DNA from: an uncultured Gemmatimonadales bacterium | GTDB lineage: Bacteria > Gemmatimonadota > Gemmatimonadetes > Gemmatimonadales > GWC2-71-9 | Assembly (NCBI GenBank): GCA_963825055.1 | Contig: CAWGSK010000030.1 | Coordinates: 18,882 to 82,881, forward strand | Reading direction: 5' to 3' | DNA length: 64,000 bases | Shown: piece after piece, positions 18,451 to 26,329 of the stretch | How the letters are laid out: every line of letters starts with the position of its first letter | Position numbering within the stretch: position 1 is the first letter of the stretch | Position numbers and translations under genes: made by a program | The notes under the pieces: model-generated | Database searches by the model: none | The model's input: the letters and a program-made list of their open reading frames with translations, nothing else | What the model was told of the DNA's origin: nothing

Positions 18451-18570
18451 GGCAGGCTGTCTCGGGCTTCGGGACGGGTCGCTCGGGCGATGTCGGCCGA
18501 ATCCTAACCGCGCATCGAGGCAGGAGCCAGTAGGAGTTGCTTTCCGGAGCGGCTTCCGGGACATTCCGGC

Positions 18571-19137
18571 ATGACCACGCACGCCCTGGCGCGGGAAGAA
18601 TTCGACGCCGTGGTCCTGCCTCACCTCGACCTGCTCTACCGGACGGCGTTGCGGTTCACGTCCGACCCGGCCCGCGCCGAGGACCTGGTGCAGGATACCA
18701 TGCTCAAGGCCTACCGCTCGCGTACCAGCTTCCAGCCGGGAACCAACGCCCGGGCATGGCTGTTGACCATCCTGCGTAACACGTTCATCAACGCGTACCA
18801 TCGCCGGAAGCGCGAACCGGTCGCCATGGACATCGAGGCGATGGAATCGAGCCTGCGGCCCCGGCCGGATGACCCGGCCGCCGCCGACGGGGCCTTTCTC
18901 GATCACATCGTCGACGAGCGCATCCTCCAGGCCCTGGATGCCCTTCCGCAGGAGTTCCGGGAAGTGCTGGTGCTGAGCGACGTGGAAAACCTGCCCTACG
19001 CGGAGATCGCCCAGGCACTCGACCTGCCCCTGGGCACGGTGAAGTCCCGCCTCTTCCGTGCCCGGCGTCTCATGCGCGCCGAGCTGTATCGCTACGCCGT
19101 GGAGGTGGGTTACCTGTCACCCCGGAGGACTCCATGA
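18571..19137 (+). CDS. ECF-type RNA polymerase sigma factor (SigR/SigE-like)
   Basis: Region 2 reads LLYRTALRFTSDPARAEDLVQDTMLKAY and WLLTILRNTFIN. Region 4 reads LPYAEIAQALDLPLGTVKSRLFRARR. Confidence 0.9.
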   Translation: MTTHALAREEFDAVVLPHLDLLYRTALRFTSDPARAEDLVQDTMLKAYRSRTSFQPGTNARAWLLTILRNTFINAYHRRKREPVAMDIEAMESSLRPRPDDPAAADGAFLDHIVDERILQALDALPQEFREVLVLSDVENLPYAEIAQALDLPLGTVKSRLFRARRLMRAELYRYAVEVGYLSPRRTP

Positions 19138-19397
19138 CCCATGATCACGATTGCGGCGCCGGGGGAGATCCCTGCGGGGAGGCGATGCGGGAGCTGGTGG
19201 ACTACCTGAAGGGCGAAGTCCCCTCCGACGCGGCCGACCGCATCCGGGAACATCTCGCGAAGTGCAGGCCCTGCGAGGGGGAAGCCCACTTCGAGGAACA
19301 CTTCCTCGCCCTGCTGGAGACACGCCTCCGCGGAGAGCGCTGCCCCGACCGCCTCAAGGCCCGGATCCGCGAAGCGCTCGACGCCATCGAGTCCTGA
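19134..19397 (+). CDS. Cytoplasmic zinc-binding anti-sigma factor (ZAS family, RsrA-like)
   Basis: 87 aa with no TM segment. The HLAKCRPC motif fits H-x3-C-x2-C, and there is an upstream Cys. An ATGA overlap links it to the sigma factor gene. Confidence 0.8.
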   Translation: MTHDHDCGAGGDPCGEAMRELVDYLKGEVPSDAADRIREHLAKCRPCEGEAHFEEHFLALLETRLRGERCPDRLKARIREALDAIES

Positions 19398-19440
19398 CAT
19401 CCCCAGCCTGCCCCTTGCCATCCTGCTGTCCGGTGCCGTC

Positions 19441-20163
19441 GTGGCCGGTGCGGCACTTACCGGTCACCTCGGACGATCAGGCGCCGCCGCAGCCATGCTG
19501 GTAGGCACCGCCGTGCTCACGGGCGCGGGTTACGCGGGAGGCCTGACCCTCCTGCTCTTCTTCGTAGGCGCCTCGGCCGTCGGGCACCTCGCGCCCGACC
19601 CGGCCCGCCACCTCGGCGCGCGGGGCGGCCGCCGGGATGCCTGGCAGGTGCTCGCCAACGGCGGCGCCGCCGCCGTTTCCGCCCTCCTCTTCCCCGGTCC
19701 CCTGGCGCTCTGGATGGTGGTTGCGAGCCTCGCGGCTGCCGCCTCCGACACCTGGGCCTCCGGCCTTGGCGCCCTCTCGCGCCGGGAGCCCCGCGACATC
19801 CTCCGGTGGCGGACGGTGCCGGCCGGTACCAGCGGTGGCGTCACCGCGCTGGGGACCGCCGGGGGACTGATCGGCGCCCTGACAGTGGCGCTCCCCCTCG
19901 GCCTCCTGACCCGGGCCGCACCCCCGGCCGCGGCCGCAATGGGGATAGGTTTCGGGGGGATGCTGCTGGACTCGCTCCTGGGCGCCTGGCTGCAGGGCAA
20001 ATTCGCCTGCCGACGGTGCGGGATGAACAGTGAGCGCCGGCGGCACGCATGCGGAGACCTGACAGAGAGGACCGGAGGCCTGACATGGCTCACCAACGAC
20101 GGCGTGAATGCAATCGTAACGGTTTCGGCCGCTGCGGTGTCGTGGTGGGCCTGGCCCTGGTAG
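19441..20163 (+). CDS. DUF92 (TMEM19/COG1836) family integral membrane protein
   Basis: 240 aa, polytopic. Motifs include DAWQVLANGGAAA, ASDTWASGLG, VPAGTSGGVTALGTAGGL and DSLLGAWLQ. It has a GTG start. Confidence 0.7.
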   Translation: MAGAALTGHLGRSGAAAAMLVGTAVLTGAGYAGGLTLLLFFVGASAVGHLAPDPARHLGARGGRRDAWQVLANGGAAAVSALLFPGPLALWMVVASLAAAASDTWASGLGALSRREPRDILRWRTVPAGTSGGVTALGTAGGLIGALTVALPLGLLTRAAPPAAAAMGIGFGGMLLDSLLGAWLQGKFACRRCGMNSERRRHACGDLTERTGGLTWLTNDGVNAIVTVSAAAVSWWAWPW

Positions 20164-20564
20164 CTGCCCTCCTCGGTTGCCGGGCAGAACTCCGATCACC
20201 CACCAGCCCGGGACGGGACACCCCTGACATCGGAACAGGCGGGGGCGGGGACGGCCTGGCGGGAAGCCCGCTGGCCGGCTCGTGGGCCGCCACGTTCCTC
20301 ATCACGCTCCCGACCGACATCCAGCAGCAGACCATCACCTGGACGTTCCGCACGGACGGGGCCTGTGCCCGAACCGTCTCCACCTACTCCACACTTGAGG
20401 ACCGCACGCTCACGACCACCTCCACCTGTGCCTGGGCGGCGGACGGGTCGAGCATCACCGTACAGTACGCTGGCAACACCACAGCGGTGACCTTCGCGTG
20501 GAGCCTGGCGGGGTTCTCACCAGACCGGCTGGTCCTGGACGGAGTCGAGTATGTCCGGCGCTAG
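20085..20564 (+). CDS. Hypothetical lipoprotein
   Basis: ORF 20049..20564. ATG 20085 gives MAHQRRRECNRNGFGRCGVVVGLALVAALLGC, a positively charged n-region followed by a lipobox. It overlaps the end of DUF92 and the start of the next gene. Confidence 0.45.
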   Translation: MAHQRRRECNRNGFGRCGVVVGLALVAALLGCRAELRSPTSPGRDTPDIGTGGGGDGLAGSPLAGSWAATFLITLPTDIQQQTITWTFRTDGACARTVSTYSTLEDRTLTTTSTCAWAADGSSITVQYAGNTTAVTFAWSLAGFSPDRLVLDGVEYVRR

Positions 20565-21780
20565 CGTACCACGTACGGCGGACGTGCTGGTGGCCGGGGC
20601 TGGTCCGGCCGGCAGCCGGCTGGCTGCCCGGCTCGCCTCGGCCGGGTACGACGTCCTGCTGGTCGATCGCGCGGCCTTCCCCCGCGACAAGGCCTGCGCC
20701 GAATACATGAGCCCGGCCACCCTTGAACTTCTCGACCGGGCCGGTGTCCTCGCGCTGGCGGACGCGGCAGGGGCCAACGCGATCGCGGGCACGTCCGTGT
20801 TCGCCCCGCGCGGCTCGCACCTGACGGGCCTGTTCGCCCGCGCGGGACATCGACCGTTCCGCGAGACGGGGATGTCGCTGCCCCGCCGGGTCCTGGACCA
20901 GCTTCTGCTGGACGCCGCCCGCGCTGCCGGAGCCCGGGTGCTCGAGCGCACCACAGTCGAGGCGGTTCTCCGCACGGATGGCCGGGTCTCGGGGGCCCGC
21001 CTGCGTACCGCCGACGGATGCCACCACGAGGTCTCGGCACGGGTCATCGCCGGCACCGACGGGTTGCGCAGCGTGGTCGCCCGGGCAATGGGGCGGCCGC
21101 GGCAACTCGCCCCGCGCCGGATGGCCTTTGTGGCGCACGTGGAGGGCGTTCACGGCCTGGCCGACACCGCACAGATGCACGTCTCCGCCCGGGGATACGT
21201 CGGCCTCAATCCCCTTGGCGGCGATCGGGCGAACGTGTCGCTGGTCCTGGGCCGGGAGCATGCCGTCCGTTCCTCGGGTAGAGTGGAGCCGTTCTTCTTT
21301 GAATCGCTGGAGACGTTTCCAGGGGTGCGTGGTCGCGTGCCGCGCCATGGCCTGGTTCGGGAGGTGCTCGTCACCGGCCCCTTTCACCAGTGGGCTCGCT
21401 CCGTCATCACGGATGGCGCGCTGGTGGCGGGTGACGCCGCCGATTTCTTCGATCCGTTCACGGGCGAGGGCATCTATTGTGCGCTTCGGGGCGCCGAGAT
21501 GGCCGCCGACGTGCTGGAGGAGGCACTGGCAATCCCGGGGCCGGTGACGCGGCGCTCGCTCCAGCCCTACGCCCGGCGGCGGCGCCGCGCGTTTGCGGGG
21601 AAGTGGGCGGTCGAACGCATGATCGGCTACGCCATGAATGCGCCGGCGCTGTTCGACCGGGCCGTCGCACGGCTCGGGCGCCGGGGGTCCATGGCGGATA
21701 CGCTGATCGGCGTGACGGGCGACTTCGTCCCGGCGCGCGAGGTGCTGAATCCGCTCTTCCTCGCCCGGATGGTCTGGTGA
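20551..21780 (+). CDS. FAD-dependent oxidoreductase, geranylgeranyl reductase family
   Basis: The dinucleotide fold reads DVLVAGAGPAGSRLAARLASAGYDVLLVDR. The family motif GDAADFFDPFTGEGIYCAL is present. Confidence 0.8.
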   Translation: MSGASVPRTADVLVAGAGPAGSRLAARLASAGYDVLLVDRAAFPRDKACAEYMSPATLELLDRAGVLALADAAGANAIAGTSVFAPRGSHLTGLFARAGHRPFRETGMSLPRRVLDQLLLDAARAAGARVLERTTVEAVLRTDGRVSGARLRTADGCHHEVSARVIAGTDGLRSVVARAMGRPRQLAPRRMAFVAHVEGVHGLADTAQMHVSARGYVGLNPLGGDRANVSLVLGREHAVRSSGRVEPFFFESLETFPGVRGRVPRHGLVREVLVTGPFHQWARSVITDGALVAGDAADFFDPFTGEGIYCALRGAEMAADVLEEALAIPGPVTRRSLQPYARRRRRAFAGKWAVERMIGYAMNAPALFDRAVARLGRRGSMADTLIGVTGDFVPAREVLNPLFLARMVW

Positions 21781-22262
21781 CGCCCCCGCCGGTCGATCCC
21801 TCTGAGTTCCGGCGCCTGCTGGGCCGCTTCGCCACCGGTGTGGCCATCGTCACGGCCACGGACACGGACGGGAATCCGGCGGGCATGACCGCCAACAGCC
21901 TGACCGCGGTATCGCTCGATCCGCCGCTGGTGTCCGTCTGCGTGGATCGCGCGGCAGACATGCATGTCGTGATGGAAGGCTCGCAGGCCTGGGTCGTGAA
22001 CATTCTCGAATCGGGGCAGGAGTCCCTGAGCCGCCGCTTCGCCCTCAAGCACCCGGACCGGTTCGAGGGCGTCGGGTTCCGGCAGCAAGAGGGGCTCATC
22101 CTGCTCGAAGGTGCGCTCGCGCACATCATCTGCGAACCATTCGCCCGCCACGCCGTGGGCGACCACACGATCTTCATCGGCCGGGTCGTGGGCGGCGAGA
22201 CACACCCGGGAGCGCCACTGCTCTACTATCGGGGCGGATACGCCGGGCTGGGTCGCGGATGA
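21777..22262 (+). CDS. Flavin reductase-like FMN-binding domain protein
   Basis: GTG 21777 overlaps the preceding stop (GTGA). The sequence contains FATGVAIVTATDTDGNPAGMTANSLTAVSLDPPLVSVCV. The upstream part of track ORF 21477..22262 lies inside the previous gene. Confidence 0.75.
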   Translation: MTPPPVDPSEFRRLLGRFATGVAIVTATDTDGNPAGMTANSLTAVSLDPPLVSVCVDRAADMHVVMEGSQAWVVNILESGQESLSRRFALKHPDRFEGVGFRQQEGLILLEGALAHIICEPFARHAVGDHTIFIGRVVGGETHPGAPLLYYRGGYAGLGRG

Positions 22263-22954
22263 CCGACGTGTTGCGCCCCCCTCCCGGCCGTGAACTGCTG
22301 GACGATCCCCATGCCGATGAACGCGCCGCCGGCCTCTCGCTCCACAACATCGCGCGCAGCAACCGCTGGTTCGGGGGCGTTGGCGCCGTCCGGTTCGGGC
22401 TGCGCCGGCTCCTCGCGGGGGCGGGCCTTCCCCGCACCCTGACGCTGCTCGACATCGGAACCGGTATGGGAGATCTGCCCCGCGCCCTGGTCACCACAGC
22501 CCGCCGGGCAGGACACGTTCTCCGGCCATTCGGCGTGGACTGGCTGCGGATCGCGGCCCGGCTGGCCGGGCGCCAGGGCACGCCGACCGTCGTGGCCGAC
22601 GTTGAGGCGCTGCCCGTCCGCGAGCAGAGCGTCGACATCGTTCTCCTGAGCCAGTTCCTGCATCACTTCCCGGCCGACCAGGCCTCCAGGATCCTGATAG
22701 AGGCCGACCGGATCGCCCGGCACGGCGTCATCGTGGCGGACCTGCGCCGCAATGGCGCGGCGGTCGCCGGCTTCTGGATCGGGTCACGGCTTCTCGGGTT
22801 CGATGCAGGCACCCGCGCCGATGGCATCACCTCGGTGCGGCGGGGATACAGCCTGCCCGAGTTCCAGGGCCTGTTCCGCCGGGCCGGGGTGAACGCCTCC
22901 GTTCACCGGCGGCCGGCCTATCGCCTTATCGGCTACTGGCGCCCTGCCCGCTGA
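22259..22954 (+). CDS. Class I SAM-dependent methyltransferase
   Basis: Motif I reads LLDIGTGMGDLP, followed by VDIVLLSQFLHHF. An ATGA overlap links it to the flavin reductase gene. Confidence 0.75.
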   Translation: MTDVLRPPPGRELLDDPHADERAAGLSLHNIARSNRWFGGVGAVRFGLRRLLAGAGLPRTLTLLDIGTGMGDLPRALVTTARRAGHVLRPFGVDWLRIAARLAGRQGTPTVVADVEALPVREQSVDIVLLSQFLHHFPADQASRILIEADRIARHGVIVADLRRNGAAVAGFWIGSRLLGFDAGTRADGITSVRRGYSLPEFQGLFRRAGVNASVHRRPAYRLIGYWRPAR

Positions 22955-23415
22955 TGCGGACCCTGGACCGGCTGTCCATGCGCGCACCACCGCGGGTGGT
23001 GTACGAGGCCGCGCGGGATGTCGAGCGCTGGCCGGACGTGTTGCCGCACTATCGGTGGGTACGGTTCCGGGAACGGAGGCCTGATGGCGGCGTGGTGGAG
23101 ATGGCCGCCTGGCGGCCCTTCGGGGTTTTCCACTGGCCCACGTGGTGGGTCTCCGAGATGTGGACCGATTCGTCGCTGTACACGGTTCGATACCGTCACG
23201 TAGCCGGCATCACCGCGGGGATGGATGTCCGGTGGGAGATTGTGGAGGATGGCGGAGGTTCCGTCATCTCCATTGTTCACGAATGGACGGGCCCGCGGTG
23301 GCCGCTGGTGGGCGGCATGGCTGCCAGCCTGGTCATCGGACCGGTGTTCATCCATGGCATCGCGTCCCGAACCCTCGCCGGGATTCGCCGGCATGTCGAG
23401 CAGTCACATGAATGA
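22954..23415 (+). CDS. SRPBCC-superfamily protein (polyketide cyclase/dehydrase or lipid-binding type)
   Basis: 153 aa. The N-terminus MRAPPRVVYEAARDVERWPDVLPHY is typical of cyclase/dehydrase SRPBCC proteins. A TGATG overlap links it to the methyltransferase gene. Confidence 0.6.
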   Translation: MRTLDRLSMRAPPRVVYEAARDVERWPDVLPHYRWVRFRERRPDGGVVEMAAWRPFGVFHWPTWWVSEMWTDSSLYTVRYRHVAGITAGMDVRWEIVEDGGGSVISIVHEWTGPRWPLVGGMAASLVIGPVFIHGIASRTLAGIRRHVEQSHE

Positions 23416-24649
23416 ACGTCGCGTTGTCATCACAGGGCTGGGCCTGATCACGCCGATCGGGACCGGTCCGGACGGTGTCTGGGCCGGCCTGCGCGCCCGG
23501 CAGAGCGCAGTCCGGGAGATCACCCGCTTCGATCCGTCGCCGTTCCGCAGTCACATCGCGGCGGAGATACCCGAGTTCCATGCGGTGGACCACATGGATT
23601 CCCGGCGCGCGCGGCGACTCGACCGCTTCTCCCAGCTGAGCATCGCGTCCGCGCGCCTCGCCATCGAGGACGCCAGCCTCCGCATCGAGCGGGAGGACTC
23701 GGACCGGCTGGGCGCGATGATGGGTACGGCGCTGGGGGGCGTGGCGCAGGCGGAGGCCCAGCACGCGCGCTACCTGGAAGGCGGAATCCGGAACGTGGAC
23801 CCCGCACTCGCGCTGACGGTCTTCGCGGGGGCGGCAAGCTGCAATATGGCGATCGAATTCGGGCTGACCGGCCCCAACTCCACCAACGGCATGAGCTGCG
23901 CATCCGGGACCATTGCCATCGGCGATGGTTTCCGGACGATTCGCCGCGGCGAGGCGGACGTGATGCTGGCCGGCGGCATCGAGGCTCCCCTGTCCCCGCT
24001 CAGTTTCGGGGCGTTCGCCATCATCCGCGCCATGTCCACGCGGAATGAGGCCCCGGGGAGCGCCAGCCGTCCCTTCGATGCCGGACGCGACGGGTTTGTC
24101 ATGGGCGAAGCCGCCGCCGTGCTCGTTCTGGAGGAGCGGAGCCGCGCGGTGGCCCGCGGGGCACGGATCTATGCCGAAGTCCTGGGGTACGGCCTCACCA
24201 ACGATGCGCACCACATGACCGCGCCGAGGCCGGACGGGGTCCAGGCCGCCCGGGCGATCCGCCTGGCCCTGGCGGATGCGCACGTGGTGGCCGGAGAGAT
24301 CGGATATATCAACGCCCACGGGTCCTCGACGCCGCTGAATGACCCGACCGAGACCGGGTCCATCCGTCAGGTCTTCGGGGAGCAGGCGGGGCGGATTCCA
24401 GTGAGCGGGACCAAGGGGTACTATGGGCACGCGCTGGGCGCGAGCGGCGCCGTCGAGGCCGGCATCTGCGCGCTGGCCAGCACGAACGGGTGGCTTCCCC
24501 CCACCATCAACCTCACCACGCCTGACCCGGCGTGCGACCTCGACTACCTGCCCGGCGAAGGCCGGAAGGCGAGCCCGGAGTTTCTCCTGAGCAATTCATT
24601 CGGGTTCGGGGGGATCAACGCCGCGCTCGTCTTCCAGCGCGCGAGCTGA
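23393..24649 (+). CDS. Beta-ketoacyl synthase, FabF/KAS II type
   Basis: The N-terminus is RRVVITGLGLITPIG. The active-site Cys lies in GMSCASGT, and the His residues lie in INAHGSSTPLND and GHALGASGAVEA. The start is ATG 23393 or 23408; both overlap the previous stop at 23415. Confidence 0.85.
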   Translation: MSSSHMNERRVVITGLGLITPIGTGPDGVWAGLRARQSAVREITRFDPSPFRSHIAAEIPEFHAVDHMDSRRARRLDRFSQLSIASARLAIEDASLRIEREDSDRLGAMMGTALGGVAQAEAQHARYLEGGIRNVDPALALTVFAGAASCNMAIEFGLTGPNSTNGMSCASGTIAIGDGFRTIRRGEADVMLAGGIEAPLSPLSFGAFAIIRAMSTRNEAPGSASRPFDAGRDGFVMGEAAAVLVLEERSRAVARGARIYAEVLGYGLTNDAHHMTAPRPDGVQAARAIRLALADAHVVAGEIGYINAHGSSTPLNDPTETGSIRQVFGEQAGRIPVSGTKGYYGHALGASGAVEAGICALASTNGWLPPTINLTTPDPACDLDYLPGEGRKASPEFLLSNSFGFGGINAALVFQRAS

Positions 24650-24734
24650 CCGCCGCCTTGCTGGGGCCGGGCCCGGCCCCTAAATTGGCCGCCGTTGTGT
24701 GGTTCCCCTCCAACTCCAACGCGGGATTGTCCTG

Positions 24735-25424
24735 ATGCCGTCGTTACCTCGCCGGGCGGTCGCGGAGCTTGTCGGTACCTTCGGGCTGGTTTTCATCGGC
24801 GCCGGCTCGGTCATGATGAGCACGTACGCCGGAACGAACTACGGGCTCCTTGGGATCGCCCTGGCGCACGCGGTGGTCCTGTCGGTCATGGTGACCGCCA
24901 CGATGAACATCTCCGGCGGGCACCTGAATCCCGCGGTCACGGTCGGCTTCATCGTGACGCGCCGTATCGACGCGATATCGGCCATCACCTACCTGCTGGC
25001 CCAGCTCGCCGGCGCCGTCCTCGCCGCCGCCCTGCTGCACTACTTCATCCCCGCCAACCTGTCGCGCGTGGGCGCGCTGGGCACCCCGCTCATCTCGGGG
25101 AACGTCACGCTCGGCATGGCGATCGGCCTCGAGGCGGTACTCACCTTCTTCCTGGTGTCGGCCGTGTTTGGCACCGTCGTCGCGGTTGACGCCCCGAAGG
25201 TCGGCGGTTTCGGTGTCGGCCTCGTGCTGCTGTTCGACATCCTGGTGGGCGGCCCGCTGACCGGCGCGGCCATGAACCCGGCACGCGCCTTCGGCCCGGC
25301 CCTGGTCAGCGGGACATGGACCGGACACGTCGCCTACTGGGCGGGACCGCTCCTCGGCGGGATCGTCGCGGCGCTGTTGTGGGACCTGGTGCTGCTGAGG
25401 GAAACGCATGACCGGAAGGTGTGA
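24735..25424 (+). CDS. aqpZ: Aquaporin / MIP-family channel
   Basis: Two NPA boxes are present (SGGHLNPAVT and AAMNPARAFGP), with six hydrophobic segments. The probable start is ATG 24735 within ORF 24699..25424. Confidence 0.9.
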   Translation: MPSLPRRAVAELVGTFGLVFIGAGSVMMSTYAGTNYGLLGIALAHAVVLSVMVTATMNISGGHLNPAVTVGFIVTRRIDAISAITYLLAQLAGAVLAAALLHYFIPANLSRVGALGTPLISGNVTLGMAIGLEAVLTFFLVSAVFGTVVAVDAPKVGGFGVGLVLLFDILVGGPLTGAAMNPARAFGPALVSGTWTGHVAYWAGPLLGGIVAALLWDLVLLRETHDRKV

Positions 25425-25428
25425 AAGA

Positions 25429-25512
25429 AGTGAATAGTGAGTAGTGAGTAGTGCTTCAGTGCCGGGATCCCGCCTTAAAGCACTAATCACCACCCACTAT
25501 TCACTATTCACT
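25429..25512. repeat. Heptad-repeat palindrome (AGTGAGT units) between convergent genes
   Basis: Left arm: AGTGAAT AGTGAGT AGTGAGT AGTGCTT. Right arm: AAGCACT AATCACC ACCCACT ATTCACT ATTCACT, its imperfect reverse complement. The loop is about 21 nt. Confidence 0.85.
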
Positions 25513-25638
25513 ACGCACCGCTTTCTTCTCCTGCCGCCGCGTCCGCACCACCAGGCTCACCGTGTAGCTCAGGTAAACCACCGCCGTCACGATGTAGGCC
25601 GCCACCATGTAGCTGCCGTTGTCCGGAAGGCTATGCAC
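25504..25638 (-). CDS. ccmD: Candidate heme exporter protein CcmD (small single-TM protein)
   Basis: It is below the ORF-track size cutoff. My own translation from GTG 25638 gives VHSLPDNGSYMVAAYIVTAVVYLSYTVSLVVRTRRQEKKAVRSE; ATG 25608 is an alternative start. It has one TM segment followed by a basic tail. It sits immediately after ccmC and overlaps the ccmC stop. Confidence 0.5.
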   Translation of the reverse strand: MHSLPDNGSYMVAAYIVTAVVYLSYTVSLVVRTRRQEKKAVRSE

Positions 25639-26329
25639 CGGTCCCCTCCTCATCCAGTGTCTGCAGCAGCGCCAGCCCGTAGCGCCACGTCACGAATCCC
25701 AGGTACAGCAGCGTCGCCACCCCGAAGGAGATGAGGAGCGTCCGCAGCATCACGGGCGGCAGGGAGGGTGCGCTCGGCTTGAGCACGATCGGCTGGGGAT
25801 GGAGCGTGCGGAAGAGATAGACGCTCAAGTGGATGAAGGGCACCAGCACCAGGCCGAGGATTCCCACCACCGCGCTGAACCGGGCGCGCTCATCCGGGTC
25901 GGCGATCGCCGCCCGGAGCACGCGGTAACCCACGAAGAGGAAAAACAGGAACAGCGTGAGGGTGAGGCGCGCGTCCCAGGTCCACCATGCGCCCCAGATT
26001 GGCTTTCCCCAGATGGGGCCGGTGGTGAGCATGATGGCGCTGAAGGCGAGCCCGACCTCGGCGGAGGAGGCGGCGAAGAGATCCAGCCGCCGGTCCCGCA
26101 GCCAGAGGTAGAGGATGCTCACGATACCGACCAGCGAGAACGCCAGCAGGGCGGACCAGGCGGCCGGAGCGTGGATGTAGAAGATCTTCTGGGCCAGGCC
26201 CTGCCGCGCCTCGATCGGCGTGTAGCGCAGGGCCAGGACGTAGACGACCGCCAGGCCCAGAAGGGCCAGGCCCGTGATCCACATGCCCCGGCGAATCGTC
26301 CGGCGGGCCTGCGCATCGCTCAGGATCAT
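25631..26329 (-). CDS. ccmC: Cytochrome c maturation heme exporter subunit CcmC
   Basis: The Trp-rich motif WGKPIWGAWWTWDARLT is present in a polytopic membrane protein. Confidence 0.9.
   Translation of the reverse strand: MILSDAQARRTIRRGMWITGLALLGLAVVYVLALRYTPIEARQGLAQKIFYIHAPAAWSALLAFSLVGIVSILYLWLRDRRLDLFAASSAEVGLAFSAIMLTTGPIWGKPIWGAWWTWDARLTLTLFLFFLFVGYRVLRAAIADPDERARFSAVVGILGLVLVPFIHLSVYLFRTLHPQPIVLKPSAPSLPPVMLRTLLISFGVATLLYLGFVTWRYGLALLQTLDEEGTGA

Noticed and set aside
20049-20084. Upstream extension of the lipoprotein ORF. Similar N-terminal extensions appear in many track ORFs (e.g. 28839, 36802..39849, 42714..44531, 54884, 56822, 58133).
   Set aside because: The extensions overlap neighbouring genes or lack coding bias. 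Internal starts give canonical N-termini, RBS motifs or stop/start coupling.
20551-22262. The flavoprotein plus flavin reductase considered as a two-component flavin-dependent halogenase
   Set aside because: The 409-aa flavoprotein lacks the WxWxIP halogenase motif. It carries the GDAA...P.TGEGI motif of the geranylgeranyl reductase family.
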